The translations under genes and the position numbers were made by a program. DNA of 63,445 bases, counting the filler, from Octopus bimaculoides (taxonomy: Eukaryota), in the NCBI RefSeq assembly GCF_001194135.2. It is 10 parts of 10 records of this genome, joined end to end, with 100 filler letters (N's around TTAATTAATTAA, not from the genome) between each part and the next. Parts side by side here need not be neighbours in the genome. Positions count along the whole stretch, not along the records: positions 1 to 18,765 come from NC_068982.1; 9 more parts are not named here. One strand, given 5' to 3'. This document shows positions 1 through 12,735 of the stretch, piece by piece. Below the pieces are notes generated by a model. That model saw only the letters and a list, made by a program, of their open reading frames with translations, was not told the origin of the DNA and searched no databases. The number at the start of each line of letters is the position of its first letter. Position 1 is the stretch's first letter.

Positions 1-98
1 GTACTAGGCTTATAAAGAATAAGTCCCGGGGTCGATTTGCTTGACTAAAGGCGGTGCTCCAGCATGGCCACAATCAAATGACTGAAACAAGTAAAAGA

Positions 99-99
<1 letters not shown>
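1..99 (+). mobile_element. 3' end of tRNA/CORE-type SINE (family A)
   Basis: Near-identical to 9942-10045 (AAGTACTAGGCTT..GAATAAGTCC..TGACTGAAACAAGTAAAAGAG), followed by (TA)n. Confidence 0.85.
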
Positions 100-135
<36 letters not shown>

Positions 136-429
136 GTGTGTGTAGCAGTGAGCTGCTATCATCTCTAGGAGACGAGGTGTCCAGTACTGAGGAGTGGCAG
201 AAATAGCCTGAAACTAGGACTGGTCTACTAGTCCTGTCACTAGGAGATGGTATGGGTTCGCTCTCCTGCTCGCAATTTTATCAGATGCAGCTGTGATTTG
301 TTAACCAGCTACAGATATCCTCTTGGGGTTAAAAAATTCACAGTAGAGTCCGTTCGAAAGAACAGCCATGTTAAAGTGGCTACAAATATTACTTGTCAGT
401 ACAACTACTACACTGATCTCTTAGAGAGA

Positions 430-1000
430 TTTTAGAGCTAGCATGATTAAAAAAGAAGCTGCATCTATTTTCATTGGATGCATTAATGTAATTTGAGTCC
501 AGGTTTGGATTTTGCTATGAAGTCACAATAGGGACAATGATGATTTTGATTTTGCCTGTTATTTTCGTGATTGTCTCAATGTATCCTTATACCCTTGCAG
601 GCGTTTTCCTTTACCATGGAATCTCTCTACTTGTTGGCCTTATAGAAGAGATTTAGCATTTGAACAGCATGTGCTGCCCATCTGCATTGAATTCTCAATA
701 GCATGCTTTCACTGGAGACATTGCATTTTTCTTAAATTTTGACATTGATATCTTATCTTGACATTTTATGTTGCAGATATTGCACAGACAGCACATGTGA
801 AAGGTTTCAAGTTTCTTTATATGTCTGTTGTAAGAAGTCCATGCTTCTTCCCCATGCAAAAGTATGGGGTAGAAGTGTGCTCAAAATTTCAGATTTTTGT
901 AAGATATACCTATCTTAGTTTTCCAACTGACACCATGTTCATTTTATTCATCCCACAAATGACTAGGGCTACAAGTGCTTTTGGAAACTTAAATATTCTG
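430..1000 (-). mobile_element. Decayed RTE-clade (BovB-like) LINE, C-terminal ORF region with C2H2 finger
   Basis: Manual minus-strand translation across frameshifts gives LLHGEEAWTSYNRHIKKLETFHMCCLCNICNIKCQDKI, then SMLLRIQCRWAAH, GYKDTLRQS, and HCPYCDFIAKSKPGLKLH at 539-486. This resembles the RTE post-RT region. Confidence 0.8.
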
Positions 1001-1397
1001 ACCTGACTCATTTGATAGATGGAAACTGAAAGAAGCCAGTTGACTATATATATATGTGCACACATACAATTGTATAGGCACATAACAGTGTAACAACTAG
1101 AATTACTCTTCAGAGCATATTCCAGATTTATCTCTAATGCATTAGATCAAATCAAGCCATTTTACACTAGAGAGGCAAATTGGAATTTTAAAAAGCTCTT
1201 TTGTAAACATAAGCATCCACTATAAAAATGTGCATGCATATATGTATACAAGGGGTATGTGAAGTGTGTACAATGTGTATATCCCTTCAAATCAGTGTCA
1301 ATGATACAAATGAAATTGAATTATGAAACAGCTGTAAACATACAGAATTAAATTTTATTTACCTGTTACTTCCCCAGGATTTTAACTGATTATTACT

Positions 1398-1433
<36 letters not shown>

Positions 1434-2199
1434 ATTTATACGTGTGTGTGTATGTGTGTATGAGTGTGTGTTCATGTTTCCATGTCCAAATACTGTGTGT
1501 GGGAAATTTATGATGAAAGGGAGAAAATAATTTTTCTTTTGAATTGTGAACTCCAAATGTTGGAATATAATAAAATTATTAAAAATAATGAAAAAGAAAT
1601 CCTTTTAGTTGTGGTTGTTGTTTTAGTGGGGATGGGGCCTATATGATACATGGATTTCAGGGGATAGTGATTCAGAATATGGGATATAATTACATGACGA
1701 AGTAAGAAGTTTTAATGGTGATGGCTGTCATGAAGATATGAAGGGGAGGAATGCAACGTTTAAAAAAAAACTTAAATTTCAAAACTTTTTTAGATATATA
1801 AGGCTTGTCCCCATCATTTTGATGTGTATGATACAAAAAAGAAATTGGAAAAATTCCTGTCCAAATGGAGAATGTCCAACTTATGTGAGATAGTTATTCT
1901 GAAACTCCATGCATAAATGTATGTATGTATGTATGTATGTATGTATGTATGTATGTATGTATGTATGAATGTATGTATGTATGTATATATGTCCATTGTT
2001 TTATTTCAAGATTTCTTGCCAATAGAAAAAGGAGTCAGTTTCTAACCTAGATCCAGGGTTCTTTCATTGTAATTCCAACATCAACAACAGGGTATTTTTG
2101 TATGTATGTATGTATGTATGTATGTATATATATGTGCAGATTTGTATGTTTTGTTTTATGTATGCATTCATATGCATATACTTGCATATCTAGACATGC

Positions 2200-3560
2200 T
2201 CATATATATTTAAGTGATAAACTTCTGGAAAGTTCTACAGATTTTTACAGTTTCAGTGATGGATTGGATCTGTAGTCTTTGAATAAGCTTTCTCCTTTCT
2301 GGTTTTGAGAATCCTAATTTTTGTTGATTGGTATTTAGGCAGTGTGTTACATATCCCAGAGCCCCAATAATTACAGGCATAAACCTGAACTTGTAATCTG
2401 GATAGAGTAACTGCAGATTTCTCAATAGTTCAGTGTAGGTATTCTCTTTTTCACTGATCTTCAGCTTTATGTTAACATCCGCTGGGCAGCTAATTTCCAC
2501 AGCTGTGCACAGTTTCTCTTCTCTGTCCCAAATCATTATATCAGATCTGTTGTGCTTACATTTTATTGAGGTTTTCTCTGGGACATTCTACCAGTATTCC
2601 TTTTTATTATGAGTGGCTATGGCTTCTACCATACAGTGGGTTCCTATTTCTTTGTCCTTGGGATTATCCTTCTGACAGATTTCATTATCGTGTCTCCTAG
2701 TGACAACATCTTGTCCCATCAGTAGATAATACTACGATGACATTTTCAAACAACTGCTTATGATGTGAGTGATATCTTTGGTGTTAACTCCACAAAGTCT
2801 GCATCAGTTGCCACATTTTACTGCTTTTCCTGAATTTCTATCCCTTTTGTGCATCAGGTATTTGGTTGATATTTCTTGTTCCTGGATTGCAAACCACTAA
2901 CCTATCCATGCATAGCCTTCTGCTCATATAGGCTCATCTTTTCATCTGATGAAACATTGCGGTAGAGTTGTGAAACTTGTTTGGGCATGTATTTAAGGTT
3001 ATCAGACAAGGAATGTTGAAGGAGCTGCCTTCCAAGTCTTATGATGTTATCAGCCTCATGTAAACTTGGTCAAGGGATGCACTTCGACACTTGATGGTTA
3101 AAAGATGTTGACAAAGGGATATGATACAACATTCAAAGGCATTTTGGATTGATGGTAACCCTCTGCTGCTTTGTTTTCATTTTAGGTAGAGGCAGTCTGC
3201 ATCACTGTTTATGTAGAAATTATGTGTGCTTGTTAGTATTCTGGGGATTTTCACATCAATGGCTCAGATCTCATCAATCGTCCAATCCAGCAGCCCAAAT
3301 GTTAGTATGAGTACTGCAAATACATTGTGGGTCACTGTTTTATTGAATGCAGAGAGTCTGAGGTCCAAATTTCCTTTATTTGGCTGTAATATTCTTTAGT
3401 GACACATGTTTTGTTACAGGTGCCATTGTAAGATATGTTTTCATCAACCCCCTAAATACCTGTAACATCCCTCATCAGATATAAGGGAAACAGTCAAGTC
3501 ACTGATGGAGATATTGCTAGTCTGGTTTACAGTTTTCTCCCTTTTCACAACCATGTAACA
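2200..3560 (-). mobile_element. 5'-truncated R4/Dong-type non-LTR retrotransposon (RT end, CCHC knuckle, REL endonuclease)
   Basis: YRYLG motif near 3450, CRLCGVNTKDITHIISSC knuckle near 2810-2755, and ORF 2210-2536 (VEISCPADVNIKLKISEKENTY..PVIIGALG), a typical REL domain. Confidence 0.85.
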
Positions 3561-3585
3561 ATATTCATCCTAATTAAACATACAT

Positions 3586-3790
3586 ATGCATGTATGTATG
3601 TATGTATGTATGTATGTATGTATGTATGTATTATGTATGTATTATGTATGTATTATGTATGTATGTATGTATGTATGTTTGTATGTATGTATGTATTATG
3701 TATGTATGTATTATGTATGTATGTATTATGTATGTATGTATGTATGTATGTATGTATGTATGTATGAATGAATGTATGTATGTATGTATG
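3586..3790. repeat. (TATG)n microsatellite
   Basis: Direct tetranucleotide repeat; it explains ORFs 3586-3892. Confidence 0.95.
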
Positions 3791-4079
3791 GACATATGTA
3801 CATGCATATGGCTGTCATTGAAAGATATAAATATTGTTTGTAAATTTGGTGTTTCTCAAAAGAAATCCTTTGCAATGTTTGTTTTGCTCTGAATAACAGA
3901 CACTTGTCATTCTCCCCATCAAAATTGTTGTGAAGTAGTGATTAATCCATTGGAAATCTGCATTCAATGATGCCATTCTTCACCAATAATTATATCAGAC
4001 AAACAAAACAAATAAGTTTGCCCTTCTTACATTTTAATAACTGTATTTATTATGAATTTTAAAATTTTGGCATGAGGCC

Positions 4080-4265
4080 TGCAATTTCAGGGAGTGGGAA
4101 GCCAATTACATCAACCCTAGTGCTCAACTGGTAATTATTTTATTAACCCCGAAAAGATGAAAGGCAAAGTCAACCTCGGTGACATTTGAACAAAGAACAT
4201 AAAGACTGATGAGACGCTACTGAGCATTTTGTCCAAACATGCTAATGATTCTGCCAGCTCACTGC
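4080..4265 (-). mobile_element. SINE family C copy
   Basis: Reverse complement of 17308-17480 (GCTGGCAGAATCATTAGCA..GTTGACTTTGCCTTTCAT..). Confidence 0.75.
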
Positions 4266-4512
4266 ATTAACTATATTTAATATTGAATATTATATACCAC
4301 CACCACCACTCTATATTATACATAAATACATAGATTTTGTGGGGGGGGGGGGNNNNNNNNNNNNNNNNNNNNNNNNNNNNNNNNNNNNNNNNNNNNNNNN
4401 NNNNNNNNNNNNNNNNNNNNNNNNNNNNNNNNNNNGGGGGGGCGATGGATGTGTGGGGGGGTGTATTACAAATTTTCATGTGTCTGTATATGCACATACA
4501 AATATATATATG

Positions 4513-4543
<31 letters not shown>

Positions 4544-4563
4544 ACATACATACATACATATGC

Positions 4564-4628
<65 letters not shown>

Positions 4629-4650
4629 CACAAATATACACACACATACA

Positions 4651-4681
<31 letters not shown>

Positions 4682-5169
4682 CCATACATGCATATATGTA
4701 TGTACAGCGTATGTATGTAAGTATGTATATTTGTGTATAGACAGTTATATTGGTTGGGTGATTTATTGATTGTTAAATTGACAGGTACCGTTACATTAGA
4801 TTATATGCTAGGAATATTTCAGCTGCAGGCAAGTGTCTTATATACTACTGAAGATGAATTTTAAAATATTTCACATACATTGGAACTGAATTAGAATTAT
4901 ATTCTCTTAATATAAATACTTACCAAGTGTCAGTGTAACCTCTCAGTGATTCCTCAATTCGCTAGAAATAGTTGTCAAATCTTTCTGAAAACACACCTAA
5001 TATTCTTTTAATGAGGTTACATTGAATCATGTATTCCTAAACGGACTATGTTTGAATAAAAGATATGATAGGGAAGACTGGATTGCCCTTGAACATAAGT
5101 CTGCTTGGCTAGGACTGACCTATGGCTAATTAATAGCTAACTGTTGTTTCAGTTAGTGGTGACGTAGCC

Positions 5170-5646
5170 TCCATCAGATCAATATGTATTGTGACCAGCT
5201 GGACAAATTAAATGAAGTGATCCACCAGATGCCTCCAGCACTAGCTAAGTATGAGAACATTGTCTTTCATCACGACAATGTCAGACCACACATTTCTTTG
5301 TAGATGCAGCAGGAGTTAATGGGGTTTGACAGGGAAGTTTTGAACCCTTTCATATTTGCCCAACCTTGCATCTTCAGATTTCTACCTGTTCTAGTCTCTT
5401 CACAAATCATTGAATGAACAGACCTTCAACTCTGTAGAGGATGTAAAAGTTCACTAGAGAGAGTTTTTCACCAGTAAAGACAGGAAATTCTTTGAGAAGG
5501 GAATAATGGATATGTCCACATGTTGGCAGAAGATACAAGAATGAAACAGTAATTATATCATTGACTGAATAAATTGCTGTGTGTTTAAATTTTTTTATCT
5601 TCTTTTTACTTAAAAAACCAAACAGACTTTTTGTCCAACCCAATAC
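5170..5646 (+). mobile_element. Mariner transposase C-terminal remnant with right TIR
   Basis: Translates to IVFHHDNVRPH..ASSDFYLF..FFTSKDRKFFEKGIMDMSTCWQKI (DD34D region); ends in TTTTTGTCCAACCCAATA. Confidence 0.85.
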
Positions 5647-5784
5647 TTTATTTTATCTTACCTGGAGAACTGAAACAAGGACTTGGTGAGATTTGGACTC
5701 AGGACATAAAAAAACAGAAAAAATATTGCTAAGTATTTTTCTCCATAACACTGTAACAAAATTTTTACTTTTCTTTTTGTCTTT

Positions 5785-6090
5785 GGTCAGTAAGTGTTAT
5801 TTACTATTTGCTTCTAGCTAGAAACCAAAGGAAATGACTACTATTCCATTCAAATTTTGCTTTTGTAACCTGGACATCAATGTTTTGAAATTGACATATT
5901 TTCCATTACATTTCAAACATTCAGTACTGAGTTGCTGAAGCAGAGATATCATTATAGCAAATATTCTGCTCAATACCACAGATTTGCTTGTCTGTTGCTT
6001 CACCTTAACTACAAAGTTTGAAGGAAATATTAGCCATTTTTCATAGTTTCTGGGGGGTAAGCAAATAGTAAATAACAGTTGCTACCCAAG
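5785..6090. mobile_element. MITE-like element with ~28-bp imperfect TIRs
   Basis: TGTTATTTACTATTTGCTT near 5794-5815 is inverted at about 6059-6080. An internal segment recurs on + at about 27570-27630. Confidence 0.55.
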
Positions 6091-8134
6091 AACAAAATCG
6101 TGATACACAGTGTAATATAATGATTTTACCAGTCCACCAGCCTAAAACACTAGTTTAATAGTAAAAACCTAATTATTTTACCAAAATCTCATCCTTTTTT
6201 AAAGTCAATTTAAACATACAAACAGTATATTTTATTACAAGTATGGTGACCTAAAGGATAGGAGACTTAGCTCAGTTATGGGAATGCCCCAGTTGTTAAG
6301 TTATTATGCATATCCATGTTTATTAAGTCAAAGTCTTTTTATACCTCAGTTGTCTAAATTCTGGTAATTTCTAATAAAGATTAGTCACAGCTAAGGTCTA
6401 ATAACAGTGAAATATGTCTGGAGTTGTCACTGATCAGACTCACTGTTCATTGCATGTCCCTATTCAATTTTTACTTAATTTGGATTACAGTATTTTTTCC
6501 CTTGTCTATCTTTACATTAATCATTAATCATATAGCTAATGATTGTTTTCTCCTCACTACAACCATAATATTAATTCACTGATTTCTTTTGCTTCACTAC
6601 ATTATTTAACATTAACCTCCACCACTAAACTATTTGTTTTTATGCATAAGTCATTCCTAACTAGTTTTCCTCAGGCATTACTTACAGTAAACTACAAAGC
6701 TGAAGTTAAGATATTAACTGTTGACCCTTTGTTTGACAGCTTTTTAGCTCAACCAGTTATAACCGCTCATTTTTTCATTAAACTTACAATATTTTAAAAT
6801 CTCACTCTTCAACTCTAAAGCAAATTACACAAATGCTATTAACTTTCATTCAAAATATTATCTATCTAAATTCATTTCCTATCACATTGTGTTAAAAATA
6901 GCAATGCATACTATAATTTTTTCATAAAAGTATGGTTTGCTTTTAGTAAAATTGTCAGTACAATGTAATCTATGAGTAGAACTTTAGAAATTCAACGCTT
7001 CAATAATGAAAAAATATCAAAATAAAATTACATATCTTTATAAATTTTGCCATAAAAGTGATGTTTTTAAAAGTTTCCTGTAAAACACTAAATCAGAAGA
7101 TAATTAAAATTGGTTAAAACTGGTTCTTTTATTATAAATGGATTAAATTGTTAAGTGTACATAAAATTCAATGAAAACTACATCAAATGACTAACAAACT
7201 AAACTGGAATAAAATATGTAATCTTTATACATTTCAATATATTTCAGTTCTTAAATTTTTTTTTTTTTTTAATTTAACTTAGCTATCCTAGACCAAGGTA
7301 GAAATAAGTGTTCTTACCCTTCCAAGCTTAACCATTGCTTACCCTAGGAAGTGCTTCACTTTTCCCTTCTGTTTGTTCTATCTCAATTTATTGGCCCATG
7401 AGAAAATACTGCTTCACTGTAAAATTTATTTTCTTCCTTCACAACTTGCTTATAAACTCTACCAGAAATATACATAAAATGAAATATGTGGAAACATACA
7501 GATAAATCAAATTAGCTGTGAAGCAAAATTGCAAGAGGATTGCTTTTCTATTTATTATAGGGAACAATATGGTGTTTGTACATCATTTGCAATCTCCACA
7601 GCCAAAGTTTTCAAATAGATAACTGCAGATTCATCAACATTATATATGTTTCAGGTATTATGAATTGCATTGTGTTCTACATAGATATATTAATTAATTA
7701 TGTGGCTAACATATTATAAGCAAATCAGGCAAATTATTAATGTTATATGTAAATGAATTACTTCTATATGCATACTGATTTAGATTACTAGTTCTCTAGA
7801 TATATTGCAAAATGAAGGTGCATCTTCCCTGAAGAGGAGACAGTCATCCCTGAAATAGGGATGTAAGAGAATATCAGGATATTTCAACATTATTTTCAAC
7901 TGTATTTGTTCAAAATTAGTACATGTTTCAAGTATTAAGCAATGCTCTGTATAACTATATACTATTTAATAAATATGTGGGAGAATGTACGAAAAAAAGC
8001 AACAACAGACGAGGACAGGTGGTGTAAACAACAAAAGGATGTATTAGTATGACGCTCGGGAATACGGAAAGTTTAATAAATAGTTATATATATATAGTTA
8101 TGTATATTTCATGGTACTTATATATTTTTTTTTT

Positions 8135-8530
8135 ATGCCCGTGCCGATGGACTGGCCCCTATGCAGGTGACACCTAAAATACACCATTTCGAGCATGGCC
8201 GTTGATCGTTACCAACGTCGCCAGTGGCACGTGAAAAAACATTCGAGCGAGATTGTTGCCAGTGCCGATGGACTGGCTCCTGTGCAGGTGGCACATAAAA
8301 TACACCATTTTGAGCGTGGCCGTCGCCAGTACTGCCTGACTGGCCCTCGTGCTAGTGGCACGTAAAACACCCACTACACTCTCGGAGTGGTTGGCGTTAG
8401 GAAGGGCATCCAGCTGTAGAAACTCTGCCAAATCAGATTGGAGCCTGGTGTCACCTCCTGGTCCACCAGTCCTCAGTCAAATCGTCCAACCCATGCTAGC
8501 ATGGAAAACGGACATTAAACGACGACGATT
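8135..8530 (+). mobile_element. Dispersed repeat family D (internal ~50-bp subrepeats, (GAT/GAC)n tail)
   Basis: Subrepeat TGCCAGTGCC..GGACTGGCTCCTGTGCAGGTGGCAC, then GGAAGGGCATCCAGCTGTAGAAAC..CCAACCCATGCTAGCATGGAAAACGGAC. Copies at 15.5, 16.0, 18.6 and 63.1 kb. Confidence 0.85.
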
Positions 8531-9084
8531 GTATGTATACATATATTTGTATTCACATGTGCATATTTATATGTGTGTATAAATGTCTATGACTTCCATT
8601 TTATGAGAAAGGCTGCACTTAATAAACAATTCATTAGGAATTGCTTTGTTTAATTCGGCTATAATTAAAATATGTAGATGTTCAAATTATGTTTATTCCA
8701 GACTAACCTTCAAAACATCAGATTATTATTGGATGTTTAAACATATTCTTCCATCAAGCATGAATTGTTGATTTTGTTGTTTTATTTTTTTATTCTTTTA
8801 CTTGTTCCAATCACCGGGACACAAAGTCATGAAGCTGCAAACAAACCAACACTGGTTGTCAAACAGTGGGAGAGACAAACCCCAAAATATGCACATATAT
8901 ATATGCATACACACACATACAGACACAAAAAACACACACATATATATATACAACAGGCAACCACACAGTTTCCAAATTGATTCACAAGGCATTGGTCAGT
9001 TCAGGGCTATAGTAAAAGATACATTCTATGGTACCATGCAGTGGAACTGAACTCAAAACAATGTGGTTGCTAAAAGAACTTCTT

Positions 9085-9430
9085 GTGGAGGTGCATGGCT
9101 TAGTGGTTAGGGTGTTGGACTCATGATCATAAGATAGTAGTTTCATTTCCTGGACTGGGCAATGTGTTGTGTTCTTGAGCAAAACGCTTCATTGCTCCAG
9201 TCCACTCAGCTGGCAAAAATGAGTAATCCTGCAATGGACCGGCATCCTGTCCAGGTGGGGAATTTATATGCCAAGGAAGCAGGTAAACTGGCCCTTATGA
9301 GTTGGCATGAACTTCTTAACCACACAGCTGTGCCTGCACCTGTTGCTGTTTTTTGTTGTTGCTGTTGTCTTGCCTGATCAAGCAGACCTATGAACAAAGC
9401 ATTCTAGTCATGACAATTCTTTGTTGGAAT
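9085..9430 (+). mobile_element. tRNA-derived SINE (degenerate)
   Basis: A-box-like TGGCTTAGTGGTTAGGGTGTTGGACTC head related to 50503-50560. Confidence 0.65.
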
Positions 9431-9609
9431 ATATATATGATTACATTATCCAGTGTAATTATATATATGTGATTACATTACAACCCTTTGAGGTCCATAT
9501 CAGAATTTTTTTCTTTTCTGTAAAAATCTATCCACAATAAATTGCTTATACTTCTTCAATACACCAAATATCTTCACAATTATTTTTTTTTATGCAATTC
9601 CTAATAATA

Positions 9610-10050
9610 GGCGCAGGAGTGGCTGTGTGGTAAGTAGCTTGCTTACCAACCACATGGTTCCGGGTTCAGTCCCACTGGGTGGAATCTTGGGCAAGTATCT
9701 TCTACNNNNNNNNNNCCCACTGGGTGGAATCTTGGGCAAGTATCTTCTACTATAGCCTCGGGCTGACCAAAGCCTTGTGAGTGGATTTGGTAGACAGAAA
9801 CTGAAAGAAGCTCATCGTATATATATGCATGTGTATGTGTTTGTGTGTCTGTGCTTGTCCCCCTAGCATTGCTTGACAACCGATGCTGGTGTGTTCATGT
9901 CCCCGTCACTTAGCGGTTCGGCAAAAGAGATCGATAGAATAAGTACTAGGCTTACAAAGAATAAGTCCTGGGGTTCGATTTGCTCGACTACAGGCAGTGC
10001 TCCAGCATGGGCGCAGTCAACTGACTGAAACAAGTAAAAGAGTAAAAGAG
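9610..10050 (+). mobile_element. Full-length SINE family A (tRNA head, CORE-like segment, internal microsatellite, (AAAAGAGT) tail)
   Basis: GGCGCAGGAGTGGCTGTGTGGTAAG head, GGTTCAGTCCC B-box, CORE-like CTTGGGCAAGT, internal (TA)/(TG) tract. Multiple copies in the window. Confidence 0.9.
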
Positions 10051-10555
10051 AATATTTACTTCTAAGAATATAATGAGATTATTCTAAGCATCAAATACCT
10101 ATGAGGGTCCTTCCAAATAAAATAGAATTCAAAGGGGTCCATAGGTAAAATAGGGTTCACAACCACTGATCTAATGTAATGTGATGTGATGAAGATTTAG
10201 CTGCTATTTCTAGTAGATCAAGTGTCTACATAGAGGCTCCCATTTGTGGCATGTATACTTTCCCTACAAATAGGAGTGAATTAAAATTATAGCACTACTG
10301 ACAAATAGACTATGATTGGCAGAATAATATCAGTACAAGCTACAATTAAGTAAATAGGTTAATAAATCTCATTATATTGCTATCAGTACTAGTGTTATCA
10401 ACCTTGACAGTGTGTGTACATGCATGTGCATGTGTACATGTAAATGTGTGTGCGTGTGTATGTGTGTGTGATAAGATTTAAACTCTTCTTGGTTTTAAGA
10501 CCACAAATGAAGTAAATCTAGCCCCAAGCCAATGATATTATTGTGTGCCACTTAC

Positions 10556-10641
10556 CTAGCTTGCCATGGAGAGCGGGTTTTATTCTGGCAGACATTGCCA
10601 AATGATTAACTGCTAAAATGTTAAATTGCAGCAGGTAAAGC
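10556..10641 (-). CDS. Candidate internal coding exon of an unidentified minus-strand gene
   Basis: Acceptor TCTTACAG, donor CTAG|GTAAGT, 86 nt, open frame LYLLQFNILAVNHLAMSARIKPALHGKL, in non-repetitive sequence. No homology checked. Confidence 0.4.
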
Positions 10642-11329
10642 CTGTAAGACATTGAACTACAACTCAAAAGCTCTATATTTTATATCTTCAACCCCAGTAC
10701 TATTTCTATGTCCTTAACCTAGACATCTAATTTTAGCTACTTCAAATGCTCAACTTCAGATCAAAGTAATCAATCATCTTCAACATCTTTGATATTCCTG
10801 CTAATTAGAGGGGTCTGTGGGTGATTGCAGGTGTGTAGCAGTCTACTTCATATTAAAATCATAACATTTTAATTTAGAATATACTGAATTTAATGGATGG
10901 AAACTGTGCAGAAAAGCCCATCACACACATGTGCACAGACACACACAGACAGACACACACACACACACACGCACACACACACATGCACACACATACACAC
11001 ATACAAGCATATACTTGTATGTGTGTCTGTGTCTGTGTGTGCGTGTGTATGTGGTCAAGGATGTAGACATCACCAAGAAAACTGAAAGACGGTGCTCTTC
11101 AAGTGAAGTCTTTTTGATATTTGTTCTGCTCTGATTTATAGGGAAGGTTCACAGGATTGATCTGAAAATTGACCAATCAGTTTGAAGCTGTGGCATGGAC
11201 AGTTTCTCAATTATTCTAGAGATTCATGCCTTTTTACCCAATTTAAACAGTTTGGCACCAAAATCACGGCAGACCACAATAAACCTTTAAGTAAGAGTCC
11301 TCACTGTTCTCTTCCTCAAGCTTTAACAA

Positions 11330-11445
11330 TGTGCTCTTACGTGCCACCAGCACAAGGGCCAGTCAGGCGGTACTGGCAGCGGCCATGCTCAAATGGTGTT
11401 TTTTAGGTACTACCTGCACAGGAGCCAGTCCAGCGGCACTAGCAA
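11330..11445 (-). mobile_element. Fragment of repeat family D
   Basis: Reverse complement of the subrepeats at 8270-8370. Confidence 0.7.
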
Positions 11446-11640
11446 CAACAACAAATACAAAGTGTTTGGCTGACTACTGTTTTATCATTTGTTTTATTTG
11501 AATGAAATTAATGGAATTATCAGCAACAACAGCAAGAACAGGAACAAAAGAAGTGATTATACAGTTCTATATTTAAGAGATGAGGAATTATTTACATTAT
11601 TTACATTTGACGGATATTTGTCCTCATCTTGTTTGTTGTT

Positions 11641-11686
11641 AACACAACGTTTCGGCTCATATACCCTCCAGCCTTCGTCAGGTGTC
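11641..11686 (-). ncRNA. Minimal type I hammerhead ribozyme-like motif (family H1)
   Basis: Minus strand: GACAC CUGACGA A GGCU..AGCC GAAA CGUU GUGUU. Confidence 0.6.
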
Positions 11687-11739
11687 TTGGGGAAATTTTG
11701 AACCTTAGGAATGAGAACCCAGGTTCAAAATTTTCCCAA

Positions 11740-11785
11740 GACACCTGACGAAGGCTGGAAGGTATACCAGCCGAAACGTTGTGTT
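11740..11785 (+). ncRNA. Minimal type I hammerhead ribozyme-like motif (family H1)
   Basis: GACAC CUGACGA(11745-51) A GGCUG-loop-CAGCC GAAA(11773-76) CGUU GUGUU. Palindromic AACGUU stem III; stem I GACAC/GUGUU. Confidence 0.65.
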
Positions 11786-12434
11786 AACAACAAACAAGAT
11801 GAGGACAAATATCCGTCAAATATAGATAATGTAAATAATGTAGAAGTGATTATGTATTCCTTAGACAGCTAACTCCTTAATTATGAGTTGAAATCTATGT
11901 TGGACACTGAATTCTGCATGACTTGTAACTATGAAAACTAGCTACAGGGCTCTTCTGATAAATTTATCAGCAAATTTAGTGAGAACTGACATTTTGTAAA
12001 ACTTCTTTTGAGCAAGTTACTCAACACCATAAAGGCTGTCTCATTTTCTCAAGTATGTTTGTATATTTATCAAAGGTAGTAGTAGCATGAATAAAGTGAT
12101 TTGGAGCTCAGAATCCAGAGCAAATTGAAGATCCCTTTTCCTGGGAATTATATCTTCCATTCTATCATGATCATTATATCTATCTTCATCACCATTGTTG
12201 TTGTCATTGTCATTGTCATCATCATCATTGTCGTTATCATCGTCATCATCATCATCATCATCATCATTTTTGCATCCACTTTTCATGTTAGGTTAGATAA
12301 GCCATTACGATCCAAGTCAGTTCTCATTCAAAGTTACTGCCCTCTTAGACAGGTTTGAATATAACATCTTGCTCAAAACATTTCATTTTGACATGGTTTT
12401 TATAGTTGAATGCTTCTCCTATCACCAGCAACTT

Positions 12435-12735
12435 TGATGATGCACTGGGTGCATTTTATCATGACACCAGTTCTATAGAGATTGCTCTGTCCATGGCCCG
12501 AATAAAGGCCCTCTTAACCCAACTCTTATTCTCCTCATTTGTTAATCATTAAACAGAGTGTACAGGGTGCATTTTATTGTAACACAAACTCTTGAAAGAT
12601 TGCTTTGTCCTTGGCCAAACTAAAAGGTTCTTTCAAACTTACACTTTCTCTGCTCATTTGTTAACTTTTACAGAGTGTGCTGGGTATATTTTAATCAAGA
12701 CACCAACACTAATAAGATTGATTTGTGATCTATGA
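12435..12735. repeat. Degenerate ~115-bp tandem repeat (about 2.5 units)
   Basis: Recurring GGGTGCATTTTA..ACAC..AGATTGCT.TGTCC.TGGCC..CTCATTTGTTAA..ACAGAGTGT. Confidence 0.65.

Larger units (their letters stand above)
11558..11841. mobile_element. Inverted pair of a Penelope-like terminal-repeat unit (~117-bp arms, 15-bp spacer)
   Basis: 11589-11705 is the near-perfect reverse complement of 11721-11839. A single copy of the unit lies at 36825-37015. Confidence 0.85.

Noticed and set aside
7340-7470. Minus-strand exon-like segment with strong GTAAGC donor
   Set aside because: All frames from the plausible acceptors hit stops, so it cannot be added to the candidate gene as coding.
7820-7870. 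CTGAAGA GGA..TCC CTGAAAT hammerhead-like string
   Set aside because: Stems I and III cannot be formed convincingly; at best a heavily decayed copy.
9085-9140. tRNA-like A/B boxes here and at 9610, 27770, 46765 and 50503
   Set aside because: They continue into SINE bodies and lack a full cloverleaf, so they are SINE heads rather than tRNA genes.
9676-9750. 35-bp direct duplication inside the SINE
   Set aside because: The copies flank a 10-N gap, which indicates an unmerged contig overlap.
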